Part shown: positions 20,711 to 29,705 of the stretch, in pieces | How positions within the stretch are numbered: position 1 is the stretch's first letter | How the letters are laid out: the number at the start of each line of letters is the position of its first letter | From: a virus | Virus record (IMG/VR): IMGVR_UViG_3300037307_000191 | Span: 1-64,000 of that record | Strand: one strand, 5' to 3' | DNA length: 64,000 nt | The notes under the pieces: generated by a model | Databases searched by the model: none | Seen by the model: the letters and a program-made list of their open reading frames with translations, nothing else | Told to the model about the DNA's origin: nothing | Translations under genes and position numbers: made by a program

Positions 20711-22553
20711 TGGTTAGCACAACTCTTGTTTTTGTGATTCGGACGATGTTTTGTAAGTACGTCTCAATGTCAGGATTGACAGGAATCATAGTAAAGTTGA
20801 TAATGCCTGCCGATCCGAAATTGTTTTGCGTGAGAGTAGCGTAACGCGGGAAGTTGTAATGAATCACGCCCTTATCATACTCCACTCTTCCGAATGATTG
20901 CAGTAGCAGCTTAGTGCCATCACTCTTCTTGTAGATGTACAGAAGACCATCGGATGCATCGGCATAGTAGCACTCATCCACGCCATAGATGAATGTTGAA
21001 CTCTTGACACCCATAGTGATCGGATTGCCGACATAGAGCAGATTCTCAATCTCAGCCGCGTAGATTATCTGTTGGTCTTTGTTGATCACTTTCTTTGAGT
21101 AGCAGCTCTTCAGTGCAGGAACTTGCTCCATGATGTGATTCATGAGAGTAACATCACTGAAGAAGTTATCAAAGACATTCAAAGATGAATCGTTGTACAT
21201 CGTTATAGTGTTAGCAATCTCTCTTTCAATCTGCCCGAAAGTCTTTGTTGTTTTCTTGATATCAACTTTACCGTAAACAGTAAGCTCAACATTGACGAAT
21301 TCAGGATCAATGAATACAGGTTGCATCCCTACTACACAGTACCTGGAGAGCAATCGATTTGCGATGTCTTTCTTAGCAGTGAGTGTCAGCTTATCAGCGA
21401 ACTTTGGCTTAACACTGAGATAGATCTTTCCGTAGTCTTTGTAGAGATTGTCTTCTCCTCCCCAGACATTGATACTATCGATGTTTCGAAACTCACCAAT
21501 GATGGTTGATTTGAAATCATCTCTCGTTACAATGCGATTCTGCTTGCGATAGTGATGCGGGATAGTGAACCTTAGACTATCAACACCCTCTGCTTCACAT
21601 CCACCACTACTGATAGTACCAGGTTCAGTGACTACTACAAAGTCTTCCCAGTTTCCGATGTTACTCTCTGTTGGGATGTCTTGAGAGGGAGCATTGAACA
21701 GGAATCGCTTACAGCCGTTTCCACTCTCACCGTTACTTGACATGTAGTACACGTAGACGACACTTCTATTAGGTGGCGCTTTTCCGAAGACGTTATTGCC
21801 GAACATCACCTCAAAGAATCCATCTTCTTGAGTCGTTATGTAGTACACTGTCGAACTCTCATTCACATCAAACACAGAAGATGCTAGAGAGTATTCAACT
21901 CCAGTATCCGAACCATCTGGAATAACAATGATTCTGATAGTGTCGACATCAACATTCTTGTCCTTGATGATGTATCTCTGATTGAGCAGAGTCGTGTCAA
22001 TGCGAAACTTCCACTCTTGCAGCTTACCTTCGTAGATGGTGAAGATGTCGGATGAGTATGTGACCACTGGTGCAGCCGTATAGTCAATGTTCTTGACGAA
22101 GATGTCGTCTATGATGTAGAAGATACGTTGATCTTGATCAGCATTGGCTCCTGAGAAGCTAGTCCCGCGAGGAATGAGAATACTCTTACTCATAGGCTCA
22201 TACTGTTCAGGATCATTAGTGTCGATATCAATGGTCAATGAGATATCAGCTCTAGCACACGTTCTCCCTCTAGGAGTGTATCCTGTTAGTTTGGCTTTTG
22301 AGTATAGACTCTCTTTCTTGACCGCAGAGTCAACGAAACTCTCGTTCAACAACATCTTAACGTAGTAGCCGATGTAGTGCGTGTTATAGCTGAGTAGATT
22401 GATAAGCGTTGAAATGCCGCTTGATTGAAAGTTATAATCTTGATAGACGGGGAAGCCATCAGCACCGATTTGGCCTTGTAAAAAGGTGATCAGATTCTCT
22501 CGTATGTCAGGATAATCAAGACTATTGATAGGTAGTTCAGATGTTGTTGTCAT
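20703..22553 (-). CDS. gp6: Baseplate wedge subunit gp6
   Basis: LDY..I..NL..FL, DYNF..SG...L..LL.YNTHY, NE.F.DSA, QNR.VT..D, VWGGED. Confidence 0.92.
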   Translation of the reverse strand: MTTTSELPINSLDYPDIRENLITFLQGQIGADGFPVYQDYNFQSSGISTLINLLSYNTHYIGYYVKMLLNESFVDSAVKKESLYSKAKLTGYTPRGRTCARADISLTIDIDTNDPEQYEPMSKSILIPRGTSFSGANADQDQRIFYIIDDIFVKNIDYTAAPVVTYSSDIFTIYEGKLQEWKFRIDTTLLNQRYIIKDKNVDVDTIRIIVIPDGSDTGVEYSLASSVFDVNESSTVYYITTQEDGFFEVMFGNNVFGKAPPNRSVVYVYYMSSNGESGNGCKRFLFNAPSQDIPTESNIGNWEDFVVVTEPGTISSGGCEAEGVDSLRFTIPHHYRKQNRIVTRDDFKSTIIGEFRNIDSINVWGGEDNLYKDYGKIYLSVKPKFADKLTLTAKKDIANRLLSRYCVVGMQPVFIDPEFVNVELTVYGKVDIKKTTKTFGQIEREIANTITMYNDSSLNVFDNFFSDVTLMNHIMEQVPALKSCYSKKVINKDQQIIYAAEIENLLYVGNPITMGVKSSTFIYGVDECYYADASDGLLYIYKKSDGTKLLLQSFGRVEYDKGVIHYNFPRYATLTQNNFGSAGIINFTMIPVNPDIETYLQNIVRITKTRVVLTNA

Positions 22554-22945
22554 TATCTTACCCTTTGGAATTGTTGGTTGAATGTGTCAGTGATGTTGAG
22601 CGCTTTGATCCTATACGTTAGTGTCACATCAATACCATCATCCGCATCATTGGCTTGTATATCAACGCTATACAATTCAACTCTTTTCTCGTATGTGCTA
22701 ATCAGCCACTCTAGTCTCTTCATCATTCCTGTCTTGGTGATAACGGTGAAGTTCTCAAAGAGAAACTGGCGCATGTCACTCAAAACGTAGGGGTTGAAAG
22801 GTATGTCAAAAGCATCCAGACTCATCAGAACCCTTATAGATTGCTTGATGCTATCAATGTTAATCTTGGGAGTTACATCACCTGTAAGAGGATGTGGCCC
22901 TAACTCGAGAGCAACGTCTGAATAACGTACGATTTCTTGTTTCAC
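22553..22945 (-). CDS. gp25: Baseplate wedge subunit gp25
   Basis: YSD..L....HPLTGD......SIKQSI..L....PF.P....LFE; directly upstream of gp6. Confidence 0.88.
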   Translation of the reverse strand: MKQEIVRYSDVALELGPHPLTGDVTPKINIDSIKQSIRVLMSLDAFDIPFNPYVLSDMRQFLFENFTVITKTGMMKRLEWLISTYEKRVELYSVDIQANDADDGIDVTLTYRIKALNITDTFNQQFQRVR

Positions 22946-22956
22946 TACTTTTCTCC

Positions 22957-23247
22957 TTATCCTCCTTCAAACACGTTAAAGGATCCAGTCATAATGGCGC
23001 TTGTACAGCACACCATGTCGCCTACTCGAGCAGCCGGAATGCTATTGACAAAGACAGTTGAACTTCCAGTACAGGTCACACTGCTGTGACAGCTAGATAA
23101 ACAACAGTGTACCATCCAAGCATCGCCCAAGCGGTGGTGATTTCGACTGTTAACAAACACATTAGGGCTACCTTGACTGTTAGGGCGGGGTGGAAAACAG
23201 TGATGCCCGGTACAAATATCAAAGATTCGTGCTGTTGGACTTCCCAT
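22957..23247 (-). CDS. PAAR spike-tip protein (gp5.4-like)
   Basis: GSPNVFVN, H....GSSTVFVNS.PAARVGD, GS.NVF. Confidence 0.9.
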   Translation of the reverse strand: MGSPTARIFDICTGHHCFPPRPNSQGSPNVFVNSRNHHRLGDAWMVHCCLSSCHSSVTCTGSSTVFVNSIPAARVGDMVCCTSAIMTGSFNVFEGG

Positions 23248-23261
23248 TTCTATATCCTCTG

Positions 23262-23269
23262 TATTTATA
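23262..23269 (-). promoter_or_regulatory. T4-type late promoter TATAAATA
   Basis: Exact consensus 14 nt upstream of the PAAR start. Confidence 0.75.
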
Positions 23270-23296
23270 GTACACGGCGGTAATCATCTATTTATC

Positions 23297-23596
23297 CTAA
23301 GTTGGAACACACGTTGGACCCTTGTCGCAGAACTTCGTTGATGTCACGTTCTTGAGGAACTCAACAAAGCAAGTCTTGGTGCGTCTGGTTCGAATGGGAT
23401 TGACTGGTAGATAGCTATCGGGCTGCTCTTTCACAGGACACGGGCAAAGCGTGAACGTCACAATCGGCTCAGGTATGAATGGTTCAGGAATCTCTTCGCA
23501 AACGCACTCTTCGATGTGTATAGGTATCTCCTGGACCTTGAATGGAACGTATGGAGGATCACAAGAGCTACAAAGTGTTTTGGGGATTTGGATCAT
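23297..23596 (-). CDS. Cys/Pro-rich hypothetical protein
   Basis: 99 aa, tightly packed after 23599-24867. Confidence 0.55.
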   Translation of the reverse strand: MIQIPKTLCSSCDPPYVPFKVQEIPIHIEECVCEEIPEPFIPEPIVTFTLCPCPVKEQPDSYLPVNPIRTRRTKTCFVEFLKNVTSTKFCDKGPTCVPT

Positions 23597-23598
23597 GG

Positions 23599-24867
23599 TT
23601 ACTTACTCAGTTCGAAGTCAAGTAGTGAACTGCCTGACATTGTCAAAACAGTGATAGGTAGTTTTTGGTTCTGCTCATCGCGGAGTGTAAGCATCACTGC
23701 ATCGATGTCTGTTTCATTGCGACCATTGACAAGCGAATCAGTGTACATTTTGATAAGCATTTCAACGGCTTTGAGTTCCTTCTCTTCAAAGGTTAGCAAT
23801 GCATCTGATAACCCACTTTTTTCCATCATGGTAACGAAGTACTCACTCTTTCTGAAGTTGTCAATGAATGTCTGGATGTAGGGGCTGTCTTCTCCAGGAG
23901 GATTCAACAACACGTTCTGATACCATTGCATGAAGTTCAATACGATAGCTTGCTCTGCTGATGATTCAGTCTCGCACGGGCAGAGCTTGGGAATGATTTG
24001 AGGTATAAAAGGTTCAGGCTCAGGAACAGGCTCGCAACACACTTCAGGAGGCAACACAGGATCATCAGGAACGACAATCTCATCTTCGTCATACTCTAGA
24101 GCGGGGTGGTTGTCTCTATCCCAACTCCAGTTATTGTGAACTCGAATGCAGAACCATCTCTCTGTTGATGCTTCTGGATAGTCGAAGATCCAAGTTCTGA
24201 TGAGAAATCGCCACTGTCTACCCCACGGCTGCCAAGTCGATCCTATGTTGTAATACCAGTTCTGACTGGGACTCAAATCAGCATTTTCATCAATACAATC
24301 CATGTTAGGTAACACTCCTTCAATGTTTCCTAAGTCGCCCATTGTCAATCCCGGAGGTAGATGACCATCTATGATTTCAAAGTAGAGTGTCTTGACACAT
24401 CGTCTCTCAGGAAGAGTTGTATCGAACTGAATCGGATTCAATGAACTGCCAGTGTATGCTCGAGGAACGAGATTTGCATAGATCGGGAATCCGGTGAAGA
24501 CTCCAGTAAGGGTGCCTGTGTAAGAGAATGTTGTGCTTCCGATACAAATGATGTATGACCCCACAGTGAAGTCTTTCTGGAAACTCAAAATCATCTCAGT
24601 GACTAGAACAGATCCTAGTAAGACGATCTCATTAGCTGTGCCTAGCTGATAGAAGTGTACAGTAACACCGATATTAGTAGGTTGTATTCTCGAGACAAGT
24701 GAGAGAGTAAACTGCACGGTTTCTTGACGTATGATATCAAGTGCAAATAGCTGCTTGAGACTACTCGTTATGGAGATAGACATAGCTGTATTAGGAGTCA
24801 TACGTACGATCGAATCAAGAGTTCCTTGATCAATCTTACTCTGAATACTTTGTTGGCAAGTTGGCAT
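23599..24867 (-). CDS. Virion structural protein with Ig-like (G.LPPGL..G.I.G) domain
   Basis: 422 aa; YFEIIDGHLPPGLTM..LGNIEG resembles He_PIG Ig domains. Confidence 0.55.
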   Translation of the reverse strand: MPTCQQSIQSKIDQGTLDSIVRMTPNTAMSISITSSLKQLFALDIIRQETVQFTLSLVSRIQPTNIGVTVHFYQLGTANEIVLLGSVLVTEMILSFQKDFTVGSYIICIGSTTFSYTGTLTGVFTGFPIYANLVPRAYTGSSLNPIQFDTTLPERRCVKTLYFEIIDGHLPPGLTMGDLGNIEGVLPNMDCIDENADLSPSQNWYYNIGSTWQPWGRQWRFLIRTWIFDYPEASTERWFCIRVHNNWSWDRDNHPALEYDEDEIVVPDDPVLPPEVCCEPVPEPEPFIPQIIPKLCPCETESSAEQAIVLNFMQWYQNVLLNPPGEDSPYIQTFIDNFRKSEYFVTMMEKSGLSDALLTFEEKELKAVEMLIKMYTDSLVNGRNETDIDAVMLTLRDEQNQKLPITVLTMSGSSLLDFELSK

Positions 24868-24880
24868 TAGTACAATCCTC

Positions 24881-27800
24881 TTAGAAGCACTCTGCTCTCA
24901 CAGAATGAGCAAATGGTTCGCCTTCAACAGGAACTGGATTGAAGAGTTCAGGGATGGTGTCCCCATCATCATTTTGATAAACAAATTCATTGTCGAAGCA
25001 GCCCTCCTCTAAGAAGCGAATACCGTACTCTGTGTGAATCTCAAACTCAGCACTAGCTCCTGCGTACACGTTGATTGGAGCTTCATAGAATCCAATGGAT
25101 AACCTCTCTCCAGAGTAATAAGTGTGCTTAGCTTCCCAAGGGAAGTCAAACGTCAGCTTCTCTCCTGAGTATGCTTGTAACAACCACGGCGGCTTAGTTT
25201 CGAGACTAGCAGAGAAGAAGGCGCCGGTTCCATTGTCTGGTACGAGCAACACAATGTCATCACTCAATGCGCAGGAGAATGTCTCTCCACCGTAGAATCG
25301 ATCAACGTAACAGTCTTCAGGAAGAATGTCATTCAATTCAACGACTACCCAGTTACCCGTTGGAATGAAGTAGCCTTTGCACAGCTTGTGTCGTAGATCA
25401 GCAAACCAATCAAGTTCAATCTGATGACTTATCTGCGAGAATGTGATTTCAAAGTAATCGACATTATCAATCAGTTCAGCAACGTGACCTGTCGGGAATT
25501 CAACCTTCATTCTCGGATTGCAACGCAAGTCAACCGTCATGTAAGTGCGGTTTCCATACCCCACTTCTTCTGGATACATTCCCTTCTCGATGATAAACAT
25601 CAAGTTGTTAGATTGCGGCCTCTCTCCGCAGCATTCATCAGTCGTCAGGTCAAAGTAAGTTGCACTACGAATATCAACTTGAGTCATTATGCTCGTTCTA
25701 TAGAGCACTCTGAAGTTAGCACTATAGAGAACTTCTAATCCTGGAGTCATCCACTCGCCAGGTCTAAAGTAGAACATACCTAGTGGTTCGGATGGATGCG
25801 TGTCGTATGTGAGACTACCACGCTGACCCTCATACATCGTGATCGGGATAGCTACACTAGTTGCGAGTGTAGCTACGCAATGTGTACCAGTCACCATGTA
25901 CCAGTGTGGCTCATTAGTCATTCCAATGACGTTAGCCCACTCTCCAGAATAGTGTCGTCCTATCGGAAGCTGAGTAGCCGTCTGCACCGATGCAATAACA
26001 GCTTGACCTCCGTAGTTCATAAGCAGCAATGGAGCAGCCGGGTTATCTGTCAGCGTAACGACTGTTCCTTCTCCAGAGTATCCTATGTTAGGTAGAAGAG
26101 TTCGAGTTGATAGCGATAGTGACGATAAGTACTGACCTGAGTAAGCTACACCTGCGATTAGATCAGGTGGGTTGAGAGTAAGATCAGCATATCCTCTTGA
26201 TCCAGCACGCCCAATGATCTCAACGGCATACTCTACACCTAGATTAACTAGCCCTGTTTCGCCAGCATATCCGATAGATGGTAGATTGTATGTTGTCGCC
26301 ATATCCGCGACAAGAGCATTCTCACCAGCATAGGCCGGCAATGGCATACCGAGATTGACAACATACTCTATGTCAAAGAATAGTCGTGCACCCTCGTAAG
26401 CGATAGCAGGGAATGTGATCCCAAGCTGTAGGTCAAGACTGCCTCTGCTTCCCGCATACGCGGTTGCGCTCATCGGTATAGCTAGAGCCACCGTCAATGT
26501 CGCATAAGCGTTTTGATCCGAATAGGCCAGCGGATTGAGTGCATCTTGAGTACGAAGAGTAGCATCACTGTATTGATCTGAATAGGCTACAGGGACAAGA
26601 GCAGAAGCATAGAATACGGTTAGTGTTGCATCACTATATTGATCAGCGTATGCTTGAGCACTCAGCAGGTTAACTGTTGAAAGTAGTAGATCGCCTCTAC
26701 TTCCTGCATAGAACGGTAGCGTAAGTTGCTCGCCCACAAACGTCGTAAAGGTAACCGAGTTGAGTTCTCCTGCATACGCTGGGAGTGCAAACACACTCGA
26801 TGTCACCAAGAGTATCGGATCGACGTACCCACCTGCATACGCTGAGACTGTTAGAGGAATCGATGGATGAACATCTAATGAAGCTGTACTACTATCACCT
26901 GTCGCTGCAATGGCTTCTATCGCCGATACAGTGTAGAGATCAAAGTCACCTCTTTCACCGGATCTTGCATCACTGTCTATCTGATCAAATGGGTTGACAT
27001 ATAGATCAGCAACACCAGCTTCGCCTCCTCTTGCCTCAGCATAGAGAAGACTGAATGTGCTTAGAACTAAATCTTCCCTTTCGCCTGAGTTAGCCTGGAA
27101 GATGCCTAGTCCCGCACTTGGGAATGTTGTAAAGGTGACTAGGTTGTTCTCACCTGCGTAGGCAGGAGCATCAATGATACTGCTGGTCAGTAGAACAAGA
27201 CTGAGCGTCTCAGATGCGTAATGAGTTACTGTGCCTAGATCGATACTCGGATAGGTCGTTAAGACTGTGAGATAATTCTCACCTGCGTAGACCGGGAGCT
27301 CAAATATGACAGAAGTGTATAAGTTATCTGGTGCTGCGGTTTCACCTGAGTACGCTTGTGTTACGCCTAGTTCAGTAAACGGAACTAAAATGATACCTTC
27401 GTAAGTACCAATCGCCATATCGCATAGGATTTCGCTATTTCCAGTCGTATAGTTGTGGTAGTGGATTAAGAAGGTGTCTGTTGTCTCTGTCAATCCGTTG
27501 TTGAACGGATTAGCCATGTTGGAGAATGTTCCACTCTGGCGAACTGCATTATTCTTACCATATACGGTAAAGATGGTATTGGATGAAGACCCACGTATGA
27601 CTATAGAACATAAATCAGTGCCATTGAGTTCTGTCGTAGTCCAATTCGATATGACCGTGAGGTTATTCGTTACCTCTCCCGATGGACCAATCCAATTTAC
27701 TCTAATAGCTCCAGAAGTTGTATTGCGCATCCTTATAATCAGAGCGCGAGAGAATCCCCAATAGTTCGGGCAGTCATAACCCCATGACCAAGTTGCAAAG

Positions 27801-29695
27801 GTGATCGAAGCAGGAGTATAGTTGGGGAAGAAACAGAACCATAGACCAGCATCTGTGAAGTCATCGTCATACCAAGTCGTAGACTTTGTGCGCTTGAATC
27901 TGAACGTGATATCTTTATTGTTTTCTAGTTGCTGCGGTAGAGCGAAATAAGCGTTAATGCCTGCGTTAGCAGCAGAACTCGTTAGGGAATTCAAAGTCAA
28001 ACAGGTGGATGTTTGAGAATGAGATGCCGCACCATGGAAGTGAGAGAATGTGGAGTTCGGAACAATCGTGAGATAATCATGACTGATATAACCATACTCA
28101 CCAGTATAAGCGTCTGAATAGAATCTGATGTTAGCCTGAAGACCTGCAATGCCTGTTCCACCATCGGCGATATTGATATCGCCAAAGTTCGCATGAGGAT
28201 CGATGGTAAACTCTATCGGATCAACATACTGACCCGTATACGCTGGTACGGGCTCAAAGCGCGGAATGAAGTGTAGACCAATACCTGCGAGATAGTGCTC
28301 TCTTGCCTGATCAGCTGTAAGTGCCGTTGGGTAGATTGCGACATCTTGCATGTAGCCCTTATAGTAGCCATATACTCCAGATTGAGGCAAGCCTTGAGAA
28401 TTGAATTGAGCTCGTGCTTGATACCCTGTCGCGACAGCCACACCATTGACATAGAGAGTCGGAGTTCTGTCATTCCAACTAACCAGAATATGAGTGAATT
28501 CTGTTGTGCTGATAGGCTGCTGATAAGACAGCAAGATTGGTAGGTAAGCATCTCCGTGAGCAACAACCTGAATACCGTTAGATCCAACAGAAATACCTCC
28601 ACCAGATCCTGATCCACTCTGGCGAGGATAGACAGCATAACGCTGACCAGTTACACCTTGCGTACCAGTCGATGATGGGGTATAAAGGGTAATCGTCGCA
28701 CCAGCATCAGGTTTAACCCATAACTCTTGAGTTAGGTTGGCACTGACGACAGATGTCGGGTTACCGACGATTATGTCATTACTACCATCGAGATAGACAG
28801 CGTACTTAGAAGCAACCGGAGACGCATTGGCGAGGATAGGCCCATTGGTGTAAGTCGCTGGAGAGTTGTTGCCTGTGTAATCTATCGCAGAAGTGCCTGT
28901 CTGCTCATCCATCTTCCAGTAAGCCGACGGTCCTTCTGTCTTGATGTAGTCAGCGTACTGTGTCGGCTTCAGAGATGCATCTGAGTATTCGCCCGTGTAA
29001 TGATATAGATCCAACCCAATCGTTACTGATAGTGTTGATTCAATATTTTCACCTGTGTAAGCATCACTGGATAGCTCAGCACGGACAGGCAGAGTGATTG
29101 TAGATACTACGCTGTACTCACCTGAATACGCAATAGGTGCAAATAGAGCTGATGTTAAGACACCTGCGATGCTGTACTCACCTGAGTAAGCGTCTATACT
29201 TCCTAGTAAGCGATAGGTAGCAAGAGATACATCAGCAGTTGAACCTTCCCAGAACTGATAGAGATCTGCTGTCAAGAGCTCAGTGACAAACGATAGTTCG
29301 CCACTATATCCTTCGAATGAAGCAAATGCCGCGCACGGGGTATCTGGGAACACCAGATTGACGTTGCCGACAGGAGCAACGTATTCGCAGAAGAATGAGA
29401 AGTTGTTATTTGCGTCTGAGTGATAATAGTACGGATCAGTAGTGAAGGTCAGTACTAATTCGCGTTCGCCTGAGTATGCAGTAGATCCTAATCCTGGAGA
29501 GATCTGTAACGAACTGAGATTGAGCAATCCGCCAGCCAATGCGGCACCATCGAGATACTGGATGATTAGAGGCGCTTCGCTGAGAGCAAAGCTTTCGATT
29601 TCAGTTCCATTGAAGAAAGAAAAGATACCGAAATCATCACTACTCGATGATTGGTTAAACGGAGTTGCGTTTAAGAGTGTGTTTAGACCTGACAC
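24881..29695 (-). CDS. Large repetitive virion protein (AY.GE repeats) with embedded LamG domain
   Basis: 1604 aa. Dozens of ~21-22 aa AY(S/A/T)GE units; P.AYWKMDE..G..A.D / YKG.MQDVAIY LamG block. Confidence 0.7.
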   Translation of the reverse strand: MSGLNTLLNATPFNQSSSSDDFGIFSFFNGTEIESFALSEAPLIIQYLDGAALAGGLLNLSSLQISPGLGSTAYSGERELVLTFTTDPYYYHSDANNNFSFFCEYVAPVGNVNLVFPDTPCAAFASFEGYSGELSFVTELLTADLYQFWEGSTADVSLATYRLLGSIDAYSGEYSIAGVLTSALFAPIAYSGEYSVVSTITLPVRAELSSDAYTGENIESTLSVTIGLDLYHYTGEYSDASLKPTQYADYIKTEGPSAYWKMDEQTGTSAIDYTGNNSPATYTNGPILANASPVASKYAVYLDGSNDIIVGNPTSVVSANLTQELWVKPDAGATITLYTPSSTGTQGVTGQRYAVYPRQSGSGSGGGISVGSNGIQVVAHGDAYLPILLSYQQPISTTEFTHILVSWNDRTPTLYVNGVAVATGYQARAQFNSQGLPQSGVYGYYKGYMQDVAIYPTALTADQAREHYLAGIGLHFIPRFEPVPAYTGQYVDPIEFTIDPHANFGDINIADGGTGIAGLQANIRFYSDAYTGEYGYISHDYLTIVPNSTFSHFHGAASHSQTSTCLTLNSLTSSAANAGINAYFALPQQLENNKDITFRFKRTKSTTWYDDDFTDAGLWFCFFPNYTPASITFATWSWGYDCPNYWGFSRALIIRMRNTTSGAIRVNWIGPSGEVTNNLTVISNWTTTELNGTDLCSIVIRGSSSNTIFTVYGKNNAVRQSGTFSNMANPFNNGLTETTDTFLIHYHNYTTGNSEILCDMAIGTYEGIILVPFTELGVTQAYSGETAAPDNLYTSVIFELPVYAGENYLTVLTTYPSIDLGTVTHYASETLSLVLLTSSIIDAPAYAGENNLVTFTTFPSAGLGIFQANSGEREDLVLSTFSLLYAEARGGEAGVADLYVNPFDQIDSDARSGERGDFDLYTVSAIEAIAATGDSSTASLDVHPSIPLTVSAYAGGYVDPILLVTSSVFALPAYAGELNSVTFTTFVGEQLTLPFYAGSRGDLLLSTVNLLSAQAYADQYSDATLTVFYASALVPVAYSDQYSDATLRTQDALNPLAYSDQNAYATLTVALAIPMSATAYAGSRGSLDLQLGITFPAIAYEGARLFFDIEYVVNLGMPLPAYAGENALVADMATTYNLPSIGYAGETGLVNLGVEYAVEIIGRAGSRGYADLTLNPPDLIAGVAYSGQYLSSLSLSTRTLLPNIGYSGEGTVVTLTDNPAAPLLLMNYGGQAVIASVQTATQLPIGRHYSGEWANVIGMTNEPHWYMVTGTHCVATLATSVAIPITMYEGQRGSLTYDTHPSEPLGMFYFRPGEWMTPGLEVLYSANFRVLYRTSIMTQVDIRSATYFDLTTDECCGERPQSNNLMFIIEKGMYPEEVGYGNRTYMTVDLRCNPRMKVEFPTGHVAELIDNVDYFEITFSQISHQIELDWFADLRHKLCKGYFIPTGNWVVVELNDILPEDCYVDRFYGGETFSCALSDDIVLLVPDNGTGAFFSASLETKPPWLLQAYSGEKLTFDFPWEAKHTYYSGERLSIGFYEAPINVYAGASAEFEIHTEYGIRFLEEGCFDNEFVYQNDDGDTIPELFNPVPVEGEPFAHSVRAECF

Positions 29696-29705
29696 AGTGT
29701 TCTCT

